Assembly (NCBI RefSeq): GCF_006345805.1
Contig: NC_043000.1
Span: 154,814,001-154,878,000, forward strand
DNA length: 64,000 nucleotides
Origin: Octopus sinensis
Taxonomy: Eukaryota
Reading direction: 5' to 3'
Shown here: positions 1-15,596 of the stretch, piece after piece
Layout: each line of letters opens with the position of its first letter
Numbering within the stretch: the first letter of the stretch is position 1
Notes under the pieces: generated by a model
What the model was told of the DNA's origin: nothing
Databases searched by the model: none
The model's input: only the letters and a program-made list of their open reading frames with translations
Position numbers and translations under genes: made by a program

Positions 1-39
1 ATAAGTAATTTAATTTGGAGTGTAGGTTTGTGTTTTGAG

Positions 40-680
40 AACACAGTCAACAGAGTGGAAAAGATTTCTGAGAGTTATGACCTGTGTAGGCAATGAGATA
101 TCCACTCACCATATTGTATGATGTTTGTCCACAAAATACAACAATGCATTGTTGCAAAAGAGCAAAGGTGAGTACCAGAAAAATCAGATGTAATGCCATA
201 GTGTATACTCTTTACTCTTTTACTCTTTTACTCTTTTACTTGTTTCAGTCATTTGACTGTGGCCATGCTGGAGCACCACCTTTAGAATGATGTTTGTGAA
301 CAAAATATGATACTGCATGGTTGCAAAACATGGACAGTGAATGCAGAATATGGGAAGAAATAAGCCAAGAATGCTCTGATTGAGGTGTGAATGAGACTTA
401 GGGAAAAGAGTTCAGAGCAAAAGTGAGTACCAGAAAAATCGGATGTAGTGCACGAAACAAAACACTGGGTATGAACATGTAATGCCTATCAGGCATGACA
501 AAAGGCATAAAAGAAATTTGTTATGTAATCCAAGTATAAGGAACTTTCAGAACAGGAAGCTCAAAGAAGACACAAGATGTCAGGGAAGAGGACCTCAGGA
601 AGTGGAAACTCATAAAAGAGATGATGATAAAGAACTGTAACAAATGAACCTGAATGTAAAATTTCTGTCTTTCTCTCCAC
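40..680 (+). mobile_element. Degraded RTE-clade LINE, C-terminal ORF remnant, with an internal partial duplication
   Basis: Broken frames resemble RTE C-termini (LYDVC..MILHGCKTWTVNAE; GRLKKT..DVREEDLRKWKLIKEM, compare GRPRKTWDEVVxxDL). Segment 113-197 is repeated with extra internal sequence at about 286-451. Confidence 0.55.
206..285 (-). mobile_element. 3' tail fragment of SINE family A
   Basis: (tactctt)n-ttgtttcagtcatttgactgtggccatgctggagcaccacctttag, the same tail as the full copies at 36714, 47274 and 56845. Confidence 0.85.
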
Positions 681-789
681 TTACAAGTAGTGGACTTATG
701 CAAAAGTTTGTGTCCACATATACACTGAATTACATGAATTAGAGGAACAAACACATTCAGATGCACACACACAGTCACACAGATACATA

Positions 790-1263
790 AACATGGAAAT
801 AAACTTACACACACATATGTATATATACACTTCTTCATGTGTATATACGTATATGAATATATACATATACACACACATATATATACATATTTATGTATGT
901 AAAGCTATACTTTATAACTATATATATATATGTATGTGTATATATATATATATGTTTATATATAAAGATATATATGTGTATGTATATATACATATACACA
1001 CGTATATATGTATACATATTTAAGTAAAGCTATATTTTATAACTATATATGTGTTGTTTGTGTATATATATATATGTATATATATATGTGTCTGTGTATA
1101 TATATATGTATATATACACACACACACATATCCACACATTATATATGTACTTCCAGATATTTTATATATTATGTATTCACACATACCTATCTATCTATTG
1201 ATCTGTTCATCGATCTATCTATCAGTATATATATATACATCTATGTATATATATACATATATC

Positions 1264-1295
<32 letters not shown>

Positions 1296-1734
1296 AATAT
1301 TTGTTTTTATATTGAAAGAGAACAAAAACAATTTTACAGTAAGCTGTTGCAGAGTATACATATCTTTATTTTAGTATATATTTCATCATGGTTTGGCAGC
1401 TTGAATCATGTATCAGGTTTAAATAACAACCCCATCAGTTACATAAATATAAGAAAACATATACAAATGATAAATGAAGTAAATAATATTCCAAAAATGG
1501 AATAAACAAACTGTAAATATGTATAAGACAATCTCAGAATGATTATTTATCTTTTCTATTTTCTCCCATAATAAGGTTTTCACATTCAATGCCATCTAAT
1601 ACTTACGGATAATGCTGTAATGGATTCTATTCATAGACACATTATGATCACCCATTTAACTGAAACCACATTCAGACAAACACACTTTAATTCATCATAT
1701 ACATCTACATGTACATGTATATATATACTTATAC

Positions 1735-1769
<35 letters not shown>

Positions 1770-1861
1770 CTTATACATGTGTGTGTGTATATAAATACAA
1801 ATACATACCTATATGGATACATACATGTATATAAGTGTTTGCATATGTTTGTACAATATAT

Positions 1862-1892
<31 letters not shown>

Positions 1893-2040
1893 CATATGTA
1901 CAAGCATACATACACTCACACTATATATACATATGATTATGATGATATATACACACACATTAACATATACACACATATACATACATACATACATACATAC
2001 ATACATGCATACATACATGCATGCATACATACATATATAT

Positions 2041-2079
<39 letters not shown>

Positions 2080-2642
2080 TATATATTTATAGATATGCAC
2101 ATACACATATGTATCACTCTTTTGTTGAATATGTTAGTTTGATAAATATAGTCAATCGCTAAATGCTTCTTTCCTAGAAGTATTTATCAGTGTGTGATAA
2201 GCCTGTTGACATGCACATGTATTTATAAACAATAGATAACTGCTACATTAGTTTTATTGGTGAGTATTTTAGTTATTACATTCAACTGAACTATCTTATT
2301 GAATTATAGTACAATTCATTAGGTAAGTATTCATTTCACTGATAAGTGTACTCATAATGTATTACAATATGTTAAATTATTGTGACAGAGCTGGCTATTT
2401 CAGTTACAGCTATAACTCATCTTACAGGTTTCCACGCAATTTCCACCTTACAAATTTCACTGACAAGGCTTGAGTTGTTTCAAAAGTTAATGTAGGAGAC
2501 ATGTTCCCAAGGTGCTTTATACTAGGATCGTACATTGGCCTCTCATTATTTGAAAAAGAAGTTCATAACACTCAGCTACACCTGCATCCATTCATGTATA
2601 TACACATTCACAATCACACCTACAAACACCACCATATACATA

Positions 2643-2681
<39 letters not shown>

Positions 2682-2840
2682 GTGTGTGTGTATATATATA
2701 TGTGTATGTTGTAGTCATCTCTGGCTGTCTCTATATATATGTATATATATTCACATCTCTGTATATACATATATATATATACATATACAAACACACATAC
2801 ATACACACATACATACACACATATTTATGCACACACATAG
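790..2840. repeat. Cluster of compound (TA)n/(CA)n/(TACA)n microsatellites
   Basis: Three low-complexity tracts seen directly at about 790-1300, 1720-2110 and 2600-2840. They account for the Y/I/H/T/M/C/V-rich ORFs. Confidence 0.95.
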
Positions 2841-4371
2841 ACAAATATACAACCACATCGGAGTTTCAGCTATTTCAAGCCATGGCTAAAACAAAGACAC
2901 ATACATATAATTTTAAAATATGCACAAGAGAAATATCAGATATTAGTTTGCAATGAACATTCTCAACAGAAATTAATCCTTAGTAGGTCAATTAATTAAA
3001 TAAATATTTAAAGTTAGTTCTCCTATTAAAAACAATCGTCTTTTTTTTTCTCTTGTTAATTTTATGATTCATTGATTCAGGACAATCACACAGATATCAC
3101 CTTGTGACTCAAGACAAATATATCTGACTGCTCAGTAAAGTCAGTTTCTTTTCTTCTGATGAAGACTTTTAAAGTGATATGTTAGAGAAGAAATGTTTTT
3201 GTTAGGTGTTATTGCAAACATCAAAGGTTCGTGGTCTAAATTTTGAACAATTGTTTGTTCTTGTTTTTTGGAAAAAAAATTCAATTAACAAAAAATACAA
3301 AGAAATATATGACAAATGTACTTTTTTTTTCATTTAATTATAATAATTTTCTTTAGATTTATATATAATTTGTAAAATTTTTTTTTTTATTCTTTGGAAT
3401 ATTTCAAAAAATTTCCATAGTAAAAATATTTTTGTTTTATTATACTCTTTTAATATGTAGGCAATATCAAACAGATAGAAATGAAGGTTCAGACCCCGCA
3501 AGACATATTTTGTTTGTGGTAAAAATAATTGTTGGGAAAAATATTTTAAATTTCTGAATCAGAACCAAGAAGGAGCAGTTGCAAAGAAAAATAAACTAAA
3601 TTAAAATAAGAATGAATATTGCATGCACAGGCAGATAAATATATGAATGAACTTGAAGACATTCAAAATAGACAAATGAAAATCAAAATGACATTAGAGA
3701 TAAAAATTCTTCTTCAGATAACAGTACTTTCTTTAAAAAAGAAGTTAATTAGTATATAAAAAGAAAAGATTTTATATATATATATACATACATACACATT
3801 CTAAATTTGTTTGAAATTTTTTTCCCGGCCAGCATGGGTTAGGTGAACATATGCTACAGAGATTAATTTAATCCTGGATATACTTCAAAATCATTAACCA
3901 ATACCTGTTTCACAAGTAAAGGATATTTGATGCCTCATGTCTTTGAAAGCTCAGAGTCAGTGGACAGTTTGTTGATAGCGAATGGCAAAAAGTTTTAGTA
4001 TTTGTAACTATCACATTATTTACATAGAATGTAAACAGAACATACTCACAGACGGACAGATAGACAAACACATACACACATGTGCACACACACACACAAA
4101 ACAGACTTATATGCAATTTTCATCTACTGATTTCATTCATAACATATTGGTCAACTCATGACTACATTAAAAGGGACTTGCCCAAGGTATCACAGGGTGA
4201 GACCAAGATTGAACTTACTTGGCTAAGAAGCAAACTTCTTAAAGAAACAAGCATGTTTCTACACCTGGATACCCTTTGTACCTTTGTAACACCAAAATAT
4301 ATACATATCTACAGGTGTGTTTTGGATTCTATTTATTCTGCTTGTTCTACCAAACAGGATGGATGGATATG

Positions 4372-4405
<34 letters not shown>

Positions 4406-5347
4406 CGTTTAAGTATTTGTTTTGCAAGATTCCTCATGAGAAATCATGTTGAAACAGATATTATATTTCAGGATGGTAATTTTTTTTTTTTTTTTTTTGC
4501 CAAACAAACATATGTACTACATATTCATTTTTCAGCATTATTATTTTTCTCATTTTAGACTGGAGAAGTAAAATCAAAAAAAAGGGCCATCCTGAAATAT
4601 AACAATACACATACACATCTGTATTGAAAATAGACATATGGATACATACGTATGTTGTAGTTATATGTAAATGATCATTTATGTGTGGGGGATGTTGAGG
4701 GCTTTGAACAGAAGTAGTGTTTTCGCTGTTTGGCAGCTGCACCTTGCTAGGGATGGTTAGGTATATGGATATCACTGGTCTTTATTCAACTCCTAATCTC
4801 TCACTTGATGGCTTCTCATATCACACCCTGATACCCCACTTTAGCTGGTGGGCTAAACCAAGTGAGGAGATAGTGTTAACACTGCACCAGTAAGGCTTCC
4901 TAAGGAGTCACTAGCAAGGGTAGAAGAAACTGCTTGGGTGAACATCCTCATGCTAAGGGCCAAGGTGTGCCTCAGGTAGAGGCATACAGTTGTGGCTAAC
5001 AGCTGGGAGAAGAATGGGTACCACCAAGCTTACTTGCACATGGTGTATACATGTTCATGACTATCAGATCAGAGCCTATATTGGATCAGTCATCTCCTGG
5101 CTTAACATCAAATCGTGGACAGGTCTTAATTTTGCAGACTCACAGAGGACAGCAGAAGAGTGAGAAAAAAATGGTGAAATCTGGTATATATATATATAAC
5201 TGAAAGTAGAAATATATATGTCACCTTTTGGTTGAAAAATTGTGAACAAAACAAGCCACCCTTATTACTGTATGCATGTATATATATATATGTATGTATG
5301 CATATGTATGCTTTGGCTGTGTATATATACATATAACTGTAGATGTA

Positions 5348-6250
5348 TATATTGAGGCATGTCAAAGGTTTTTGTCATATTTGCATATGTACTAGTTTGC
5401 AGCATGTGTATTAAATGACCAAAGTAGTTCAAGTTGTGGAAAGTACCTGTTGAGGTTGGTAATATTGTGAGAGTTGGTGTTCTGTCACATTGTGCATTGA
5501 TTCACTCTGTGTGTGATTTCAATGCTGCACAGATGTACATGTAGCGTAGTCTAATTTGAGAAGTTATACCTTACAAGTTTGAATTGGACCATAATACTGT
5601 AGAAACAACCAAAAAGACTTGCTGTGTGAAAGATGAAGGTGCAGTTGATCCCAGTACAGTAACCAGATGATTCAAGAAATTTCACTAGGGTTGCAAGGTC
5701 AAGCAGACCTAAAACTTTGGATTTCAAGGCCTTGCTCCAAGCCACAGATGTAAATCTGGTGAGTAGCACTTGGAAATTACCAGGTGAGCTTGATATCTCA
5801 CAGATGTATGCAACTATGTAGAAAAAGTACCTGGCATTGGTTAACAGAAAGTGAAACCTTCAGTGGCAAAACAATGCAAGACCTCATATTGCTCACACAA
5901 CCCAGTATAAGCCCCAGGAACTTGAGGGAATTGAAGCGATGCCCCATCAAGCATATAGTCTGGACCTAGTTCACTTGGCTTATTACTTGTTCCAATCTAT
6001 GGCTCACTTCCTGCGTTCATGACTCTACATCAACGAAGAACAGGTGAAAGCTTCTCTGAAGGAGTTCTTTGTCTTGAAGAACAAGAACTGGTATCAGTAT
6101 GGGATCAAAGAACTGGCAGCAGAAAGGTGGCTTCAGATGGTGCGACATGATGGCCTTTACTTTGAATACTAGGCTGCTTTTGTTGTGATTTGACAAATAA
6201 AGCAAATAATTTACCAAACTATAGCAAAACTTTTGATTCAACACCATATA
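5348..6250 (+). mobile_element. Degenerate mariner transposon relic
   Basis: Translatable pieces: HTH region (GAVDPSTVTR*FKKF); QNNARPHIAHTT..E.MPHQAYSLDL (compare DNARPH/YSPDL); YYLFQSMAHFLRS...KEFFVLKNKNWYQYGIKELA.RWLQMVRHDGLYFEY* (mariner C-terminus). Weak TIRs with TA flanks. Confidence 0.85.
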
Positions 6251-9200
6251 ATATTTATGCATATCTATATGTATGAATATTTAGTATTTAAAAGTGTGCT
6301 GGAAGCCACAATTTATCAACAAAACATCTGAGCTCAGTAAACTGCTCCACTCTCCATTCTTCTCCTCCATGCCATTTGACAATAACCATCATAACTCTAG
6401 ATAGGCAAGCGTGCAGACTTCAAGTCACATTATATTGTAATAGGAAATGCAGAAAACATAACTGGTACGTCTTTTGGTTCCATATGCCTCCAGGAATTTG
6501 TGACTCATACATTTACATGCATGTATGTTTGAGGGAAGATGTGTTTGCTTGCCTATTATTTTTTTATGTATGTATGTATGTATGTATGTATGTATGTGTC
6601 TTCTATTTTATAATTATTATAAATCTTCCACTGAGGTGGGAGCCAATTTCCAACAAAGAGACAAGGCTCCATCTTTGGACAGTAGTTAACTTAGACAAAT
6701 TCACATTCGGAACTTGAGGAAAGTCTTATGTACGTATGTATGTATGTATGTATGCATATATAGTTTTGGTTGACCAAGAACGTGTGAGTTGATTTAGTGG
6801 ACAGAAACTGAAGGAAGCCTGTTATATATATACATGTATATATGTATGTGTGAGTGTTAACATGAATGTGTTTCCTTGTCTTGCAATGATGGAATAGTTG
6901 TTAACCAGCTTCACCATTATACAAGTAGTGTCCTTCATTTCCAGCTAACATCAAAACAGGAGTAGGCTGGGAACAGGAAGGGTATCCTGTAGAAATTCTT
7001 GCTCAGTGAATTCTGCTGAATGCATGCAAGCATGGAAAATTGGACAAGAAAATGACAGTGATGACGGGGATGATAATATGGCCCATCGTGTGCATGTGTG
7101 TTTGTATATATATGTATATATATATCTATATATATATATATTCACACACACATTAAAACATATATATATGTGCACAAATACACACATACACACTCATGTA
7201 TGTATATCAAATAGAGAAATACAGATCTGTCAATGCCATATAACAGGTTCTTGATTTATCAAGATTATCTCTGCTTCTGGATGTCTCACATTTACCAAAG
7301 AGCAATTGAGACCAGCTCCATATAATAAAGGGAGATAATCTGAAACATCAAGGATTTGCCAAAGTTTACAACCATTAAGTTAAGGACATGCCATTATTGT
7401 CTGGAGATTACAGGACAATTGTGGATACATACTTCTGTCCTAATATACATCATCAGCAAGGCAATTGTCCTAACTTATTTTCAGCAGGCAAAAGACATAG
7501 ACATGTACAGAAAGAAAAGAATGCATTCATAGTAAAGGTAATTTGCATAAGTCAAACAAAGATGAGTTAAGGGAAACAATACAGTGTGGCCAGTGACATC
7601 CATATCAACAACACAGACAAATATATACGTACATATACATATATATACTCATATATGTATCTAAATTTGCACATACATACATATATATGCATACATACAA
7701 CATATATATATGTATCTATATATATATATATATATATATATTGCAAATATATGAGTATACACACACACACACATATTTATATCATATGCACACACACACG
7801 TATATATATATATATATAGTTAGATGGAAATCTACATTTTGTATATAAAGACTTACTCTTTTAGCAGTCGTAATTCTGTCTGGCTTCTTATGGGTAATTT
7901 ACTCCCAAAAGTTATGAATGGTCTCATGATACACATTTTTTAAATCTTTCATTGAGTATTCTGTCAAAACAGAAATGAGTAACAATTCATTCCAAATGTC
8001 CACTAGAATTTTTATCTGAGAAAATTTGCCATAGCTTTGTGTGTCTTTGTGAATTCGGGAAGAGTTTAATATAGTGGAAACTCAATAATAATCATTAAAT
8101 GAAAACTACACAAGTACATCTGCTTGGTACTTCACTGTTTTCTTTTCAAATTTTTCTTGTATTGATGTTTTTTTAAAAATTCTAAATATTTCTGAGGCCT
8201 CTAATATAAATACCAGTAATATACTACTAATGTCAGTTCAGTCGTTTAAATACAATCTTGGTCTTGTGCACAGCCATCATAAATCAATAACCAACTATTA
8301 TGAGGTCTTCCAGAGGACTAAGCTGATTAAACTAAAAGTAAAATTGAGCTTTTGTTATTGCTGAATAAGATCAATGATTATATTAGTCTGTCTATTGGTA
8401 GTTAGTGCAGGGAATTCACTGCTGTCTACTTAAGTAAACTTGAAAATCACTTGAAGGATTCTTAGTTATATCAATGTTATTTCCATGCTATATCCTCGTT
8501 ACATGAAAATTCCATTTGTTTCCTTGTAAAAATATAACTGTTTTGCAAACTGTATTGTTTTTGTAAATACAATTATTAAAAATGTAATTACTATACTACA
8601 CTCACAGTATTTTCTCATATTAAGTAGGGATGATGTATAGCTGAATTTCAATTTCTATTTATTCTTCTTGTTGACAGTTTGAATGAACTACCCTGGGATG
8701 AGAATCAATCAATATATTGGTGATATAGAAAGGATAAGGCTTAAAAGATCATCTCATAGAGTACTGTAGGAATAACTATACAAAAATTAGGACTGAAGGT
8801 ATAGAATATGTAGAAAATATAAAGTAAACTTATTTTGCTATGAGATGAAGCATTTGATGTGTCATGATGTGTATTTGTCAGTATCTAGTTAAGGGATCTC
8901 TTCTAACCAATACTTCGTTTGCTTAAGACAAAACAGTATATAACTACTCTAGCTTTTGATTCTAGTCCTGTTCATTATTACTGACTAGTTTACAACTATA
9001 AAAAATATAATATGAACTAAATTTCTCTTCTTTTAGGATTAACATCATCTACTGCTAACAGAGTACATACATACATACATAGGAGTCAGTGCCATGATAG
9101 ATCATTAGCCAGTACACACATTTTTTCTGTCCTTGTTTTTTCTGTGTCACTTTCTGTAGAAGAGCATAGGCTCGAAATGTAAAAGACTTTTTCTATTCCT

Positions 9201-10212
9201 GAGCATTATACAAATACATCTGTTTGTTTTGTACACCACCTGTCTTCATCTTTTTCGTAAACTCTCCCTACATACATACATTCATGCATACATATTTACA
9301 TACACTTCTACATTAGATAAGCTTTTAAATTTATAAGAAGTAATGTAAGTTTGGTTAAGAGATTAGGTAATGTCCATACCTTCCTTACTAGTTTTCAGAA
9401 ATTATGACAAATGAAGTGAGATTCCAGTAACTGTAGATTTTGATATAAAGAAACTTAACCATTTGCACAACATTAATTTCCACTGACTTGAAGTAATTTT
9501 AGAAAATTATTTTTCTTAACAGAAAATAATCTTAAGCAATTTGAGTCTATCACTGGGAAATTATTCCTTTATTCATTTTATATTATTCCACATTCTTAAT
9601 TAATTAATTAAGTACAAGGTTTGAAATTTAGTAGTTTCAAAAACAGACTTACTATTACATGATGTTGCTCCCACCAAATTGTTTATTCTTTATTGTTTTG
9701 GTATATTTAACAGTGAGAAGAATTCAATTTGTGAATTATTGTTCAAGTTTATTCTTGTTTAGAGACCAATCAATCATAAGGGGATTCATATCTTAATTAT
9801 ATTTGTATTTAAAAAAAAAAATCTCATTCATTCATTTTTCAATTGAAAAATGAATGTGTATGAGACATTAATATACTTTTAATATTGATGTAAGCAAAAT
9901 ATATTTATTGAATATTTAAGTTAGCAAATACACATTTTGGTAAAAAAGGGACAGAAAAAAAAAAGAAAGGAAAAGTAATTTTAATGCTTAAAATATTTTG
10001 AAATACTATCATACACAATACAAGCTATCTGTACCTGAAGAAGAAACTAAAGTATTAAGAAATCATTCATGAGTAAATATCTACAACAAAAGCTTGCAGC
10101 ACTACTAACAAATATGCAAAAACAAAAACAAACACAAAAAAAGCAAAAAAACAAATTATTGTTAAAACAACATAAAACTGTTACATAGAATTTGATAAAT
10201 ACAATGCAATAT

Positions 10213-10258
<46 letters not shown>

Positions 10259-10519
10259 TATACATAAAGAACAAACAATAACACATACATATATATGTAT
10301 GTGTATGTACTGTGAATGTGTGTATATACAATGTTGTGTGTGTGGCTGTATATTATAAATATATATATATATATATAATATATATATATATATATTATAT
10401 ATACATACATACTTGTTTTAGTCTGAGGCTGTGGCCATGCTGGGGATCTACCATTGACATGATTTTTAGTTATTTTCCTTTCATTTCTATGGCCCCATAG
10501 CTTTCTTCCTGTTTTTAAT

Positions 10520-11380
10520 TATTGTGTATGAGGGAATCGAACCATCATCAACAATCATCAATACCACCCTCATTGGCATTTACTGCCATTATGTGGGTTC
10601 ACATGATATCTTCATGTAAAAATGTGCCAAAATGTTTTTTTTTAATATACCTACATCTATATCTCACAGGTCCCTGATGGTTTTTGTCAAAGTATTGAAA
10701 ATCTGTGGGCTCTTGAACACTAAACTATTACAGTATTGGTTTCTTACTCTAGATAGAGATGGTAGGAACTTTGGTGTCATACAGTGGGGTTTAATTTGGT
10801 GGGATTGGTATAGCTGTTGTTCCCAAAGTTAGGCATTTGACCCTTCAGGCTCTTCCATATATAAATCATTGCATAACCTTTGTCTTTACTTCAGGGAATG
10901 GAGCCTCAGTTCGTTCAGGTTCTCCCAAAAGCTCATTTGTTATACGGAGGCAACTTCATGGGTGTAGTAATAGCATTGGATCCCCTTTCGAGCCTTGGTG
11001 CCAGTTTGACTGACTGTATGTGGTGACCACAGTTAGGAGCAGTTGTCTGCAGGACCAACATGGTTTTCTTTTTTCTTGTTCTGAAAGATCTTAGAATCCA
11101 ATAGCCTGGTCACTTGTACTTTGTTGCCATCTTAGTAATATGCACATAGTAATATGAATCCTTACTCACGTAGATTCCCTGTCACACACTCATTATGTCT
11201 CTGGGATTACAATACCTTCTGCTTCTCTGCATTCTGAGTGTAATCTATTAGTGAGCTGACAGCAAGGTGCATAAAATTTGTTGGTACTGAATTGCATGTT
11301 CTCTTCAGACTGATAATATATTATTGCAATCTGGTCTTTATCCAATTTTGTATTATCATTGGTGTTCATGACTATTTGTG
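10520..11380 (-). mobile_element. Degraded CR1/L2-group LINE, RT C-terminal half and 3' end
   Basis: Minus-strand pieces EENMQFSTNKF, VHITKMATK..GYWILRSFRTR, DNCS*LWSPHTV, MSFWENLNELRLHSLK*R..YAMIY.WKSLKGQMPNF, SLVFKSPQIFNTLTKTIRDL. These match the usual post-RT motifs; there are many stops and frameshifts. Confidence 0.8.
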
Positions 11381-11650
11381 TTGTTTGTATGTTTATGTGT
11401 GTGTGTATGCATGCATGTGTGCACATAAATGCCTGCACATGAGAAAGAGAGAGTATGGGCTTGATTATGTAAATAATCTTATGTGAATATATATATACAT
11501 ATATAGGTGTGAGTGGTATATATGTGTATGTATATATATATATATATATACCATCATTTTGTATAGTAAGCAATAAAGATGACTCCACATGATGGCACAT
11601 CAATTGCTTGTATAGACAAATGTCTTATTTCTTCTGAAATAAGAATGAAC

Positions 11651-11687
<37 letters not shown>

Positions 11688-12006
11688 AGTTTCAAACTGT
11701 TTGAATTATCTAACACTTAATCTCTATAGAAATAATATAGCCACTCACTTTTTTGCTTTGTGAGTACATATAGGTGTGTGTGTGTGTGTGTTTGTGTGTA
11801 TGTCTGTGCATGTGCGTGTCTGTGTGCATATAATGTAATATGAAAATATGTATGTGAAATGTTCCATGCATCACAAAATATTTATGAATTATTTTAATTA
11901 TTTTAATCATTATTAACATTTTTAAACCTTTTATTATATCTCCAAATTGCCTCTGAACCAGTGGTAGACACATGGTTATATGTCACAGGGTTAAAGATCA
12001 TATTTG

Positions 12007-12044
<38 letters not shown>

Positions 12045-14296
12045 TCTTATTAAAATTTCCATTTTCCATTGGCTCGTGTACCATTAACATTTGTAATTTT
12101 TCAAAGGCTACATGAATATATTATTTCCAATTATAATGCAATAGTCATCTAATATCAACTTTATAATATATTTAAAGAAAAAAAAACATACTTAAATTTT
12201 TAGGTAAAATAATTAATTTATTTCTGCATTTGCATATAAAAAAATAATTAAAAACAACAACATATATATCTTAATATTAATGCATGGATCATTAAATAAA
12301 TTCTGTTTGCAAAAAGTATATATTTTCTTTCCTGGATAGTGGTTTATATAATTTTAATTCTTTATATAATATCTAGCTGATGTCACCTTAGAATCTTAAT
12401 AGATGTGAAATCAGCATTTAGCAATTATTTAATTCTTGTTCTTTTTTTTAAGTTCAAACTTCCAAAAATCCCATCAACCCAATTTTTTTTCTGTTGTCTT
12501 TTTTTTTTATAGTAGGAACTATATATACTTTCATATACAGAATTATGGAAGTGGGTGTTATTTACATATACAAACTTATATGAGTGCGTGTTATACAGAA
12601 TTGTGTGTGCATGCATTGGTGTAACAATATAGGCAAGAACAAAAAGAAATGGTAAAGAAAATAATCAGCATCAGCATTAAGAAGTTGCTAAAATAAAGAA
12701 TAGAATTGTGTTGCAAGTTTGAAGAACAAATGGAAAAAATGTTTAGGTTTAAAAAGAAAAACAAAAGTAAACATTTAAATGATTAATGAAAAAAAGAAGC
12801 AGAAAGCAAAAAATATTTCAAAGTAAAAATTGGCATTTTTGCCCTGAAATTGCATCCTTCTTGGTTCTGATTGAAGTTTGGATGTGCCAACATAAGAGTC
12901 TCATTGCTCTATCATCGCTGTGGTTAAAGATAGCATTGCCGGTAACAGTGATAGCGATTTGTGATTATAGATATATGACAGATATAGATGTATGGATATG
13001 GTATAAGGGATTCGATAGTTCTGATGTCAACTTTTTCAGTATATAAAGACATATATATGCGTGTAAACATATATATATATAAACATATAAATATGCATAT
13101 TTATATGTATATATATATATATGTGTGCCTATACATTGATGATTGCCTGCATTTTATTGATTTAAAAATTCTATTACAATAAGAATTTAAATGTGTTTGA
13201 GCATGTGTTTGAAATGCATAGAGGAACTTGTATGCCTGTGTCTTTAGCCTTTATTTCAGCCCAGAAGCTCATATATTCAGAATTACCTGCTAAACAAAAA
13301 AAAAAAAAAGGAAAAAAAAAAAAAATTCTGTATCTTAAATGCTTGCTCTTCAGAAAAACGTAACTATTGTTACATATCAAAATATATAAATGCATCAATT
13401 CACTCAGTTCATACACTCACATGCATATTAATTGTGCATTTTATATTGATTTCGGTACTTTACCCACTTTAGATAAATGCTTTCTTTTATAGGTACAAGG
13501 CCAGAATTTTAATGAAGAAATATACTTAAATGGGTAAGTCCCATTTAAAAGATTTTTTCTAAATACACAGGGTAGTACCTTCAACCTTTGTAGGATCCTC
13601 CCATATTGACTAACTGATAGCCGTTTGGATCTTCTGTGGTTAAAACCTCTAAGGCAAAAAAAAAAAAAAAATTGCAAGTAGGGATTTCTAGAGGGATGAG
13701 GCTTTGGGGAGAAATGACTAAGAAAGTAAATAATACAAAGATTGGGGAGGGGAGACACAGAAGAGGGAATGAGTCAGTAAGAAGAAATGGGATTGGATAG
13801 GTTGAAACTGAGATGATATACAGCTGGTTAGTTTTTAATGGCTAATTTGTTGCAAGTACCCACAAAACAGACAGAAAGAAGCAACAAAGATCTGTAAAAG
13901 GCCAGTGAGTTTATTATTAGCCTCACTGGGAATAAAAGGTGAAATCATCACCAATGTGATTTGGACTCAGAATGTAGACGAATAAAACCAGATACTGCAT
14001 GCCATTTAGTTCAGAATAATACAGGTTCTAACATTTCACAGCCCTTCCAATTTAATTTGACAACAAAACAAAAGATAAAACGGAAAACTTTATAGATATG
14101 TGTTCTGATGATGACGATGAGGATGATGATAATGATGATGATGATGATGAAGATAATGGTTTCAATAAAATGTGATAAAAAAGAATGTAAGTTTTTTTAA
14201 AGCTATCATTAAGGTAAAGAACTTAGATATTAGCATTATTAGTGAAGGACTGACACAAATGATAGCACACCTTAGAAATATAAAGCAAATTATATA

Positions 14297-14356
<60 letters not shown>

Positions 14357-15552
14357 TAAATACATAGTTTGCAGGTAGCAGTACTGCTTTTAAATAAGTA
14401 TTGCAAAAACCATAACTATATAACTTTGGATGAATTGTATGGTCTACAAAATGTCATTCATCTCATTTTGGTATCCAGTTTTAAAAGGTGATAGTAAAAA
14501 CTTCTAACACCTTTTATATAGCATATAAAAGTGTTTCTGTTTAGATGATTTCTTTGTCTATTTAAATATAAGAACAACAGTCAGTCAACAATGCAAACAC
14601 TTATTGGACTAAATGGATTGTTTGGTTCAGAGTAAGATAATCATATTAAAAAAATAGTATGTAAATCAGACTATGAATCCTTTTCCATAATTCCATTGAT
14701 AATGTTATCAGCTTGAGTAAAATGAGAAATGTGTACCATGGAGAATATGCAAGTCCATACGTTTAAGGTTCTGGCTATAAAAAGAATCTTTACAAATTTT
14801 TGAGTCATCAACGGATATTGTAATCTTTGACTCAGATAAATTAAAATACAAAAAAGGTGGCATATTTTTAGAACATAAATTGCAGCCAGTGATAAACACT
14901 AAGTTTCTTGCAATAGCATTTCAATTGCAATAAAACAGTGCCATCAGAACTAATCACACATGGAAAATTTATTAGGATATCGGCCTTCCAAATAAGGGGT
15001 CAGTTGCATGTATCATATCACATTACGAGCACTGTACTAAATTCTTCACAAAAACACGTACAACTCCGTGGTTCAGTCCATGATGCTACATACGGATATG
15101 GTAAGGACAGACTTCGTCATTAATTAGAACTTCGAAACATTCCCATGGACAAAAAGTTCAATAAAGCAGTGTTCTAACACAAAGAATGAAATGTTTCTTA
15201 AATCCTTCAAAACTGTGATTGTCAGGACAATCTCTGCTCTACTACGTTACAATGCACAATCTGTCTGTCTCTGTCTCTCTTTTGCTGACAGGTAATTTAC
15301 AAAAGTTTTGTTTTCATTATATTCAATTAACAGTCCCAGGACAACAGATCTGATCTAGCAGAAACATATCTGTGCATTGATTAAATCTTCAGAAAGAATA
15401 TCTGATTTACAATAACTACCTAATGATATCATTAAATATATTAAAGAAAACAAATGAGTCATAAATCTGTGGGACATTAATATCGCCTTTAGCCAAAGAA
15501 GGCATTTATGTGTTACTACATTTTTTTCCTTCTTCTTGAGGATTAGAATACC

Positions 15553-15591
<39 letters not shown>

Positions 15592-15596
15592 AATAG

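Noticed and set aside
7240-7570. Possible LINE RT fragment (NYRPI-like)
   Set aside because: Only one weak motif; too degraded to support.
12786-13046. 86-aa plus-strand ORF with a hydrophobic stretch
   Set aside because: No recognisable family or splice support, and it is antisense to the presumed host transcript.
15124-15284. Possible phase-1 terminal exons for the channel (acceptors at 15284 giving AKERQRQTDCAL* and at 15173 giving EHCFIELFVHGNVSKF*)
   Set aside because: There is no homology support, and such AG sites with short frames are common by chance. Transcript data are needed.
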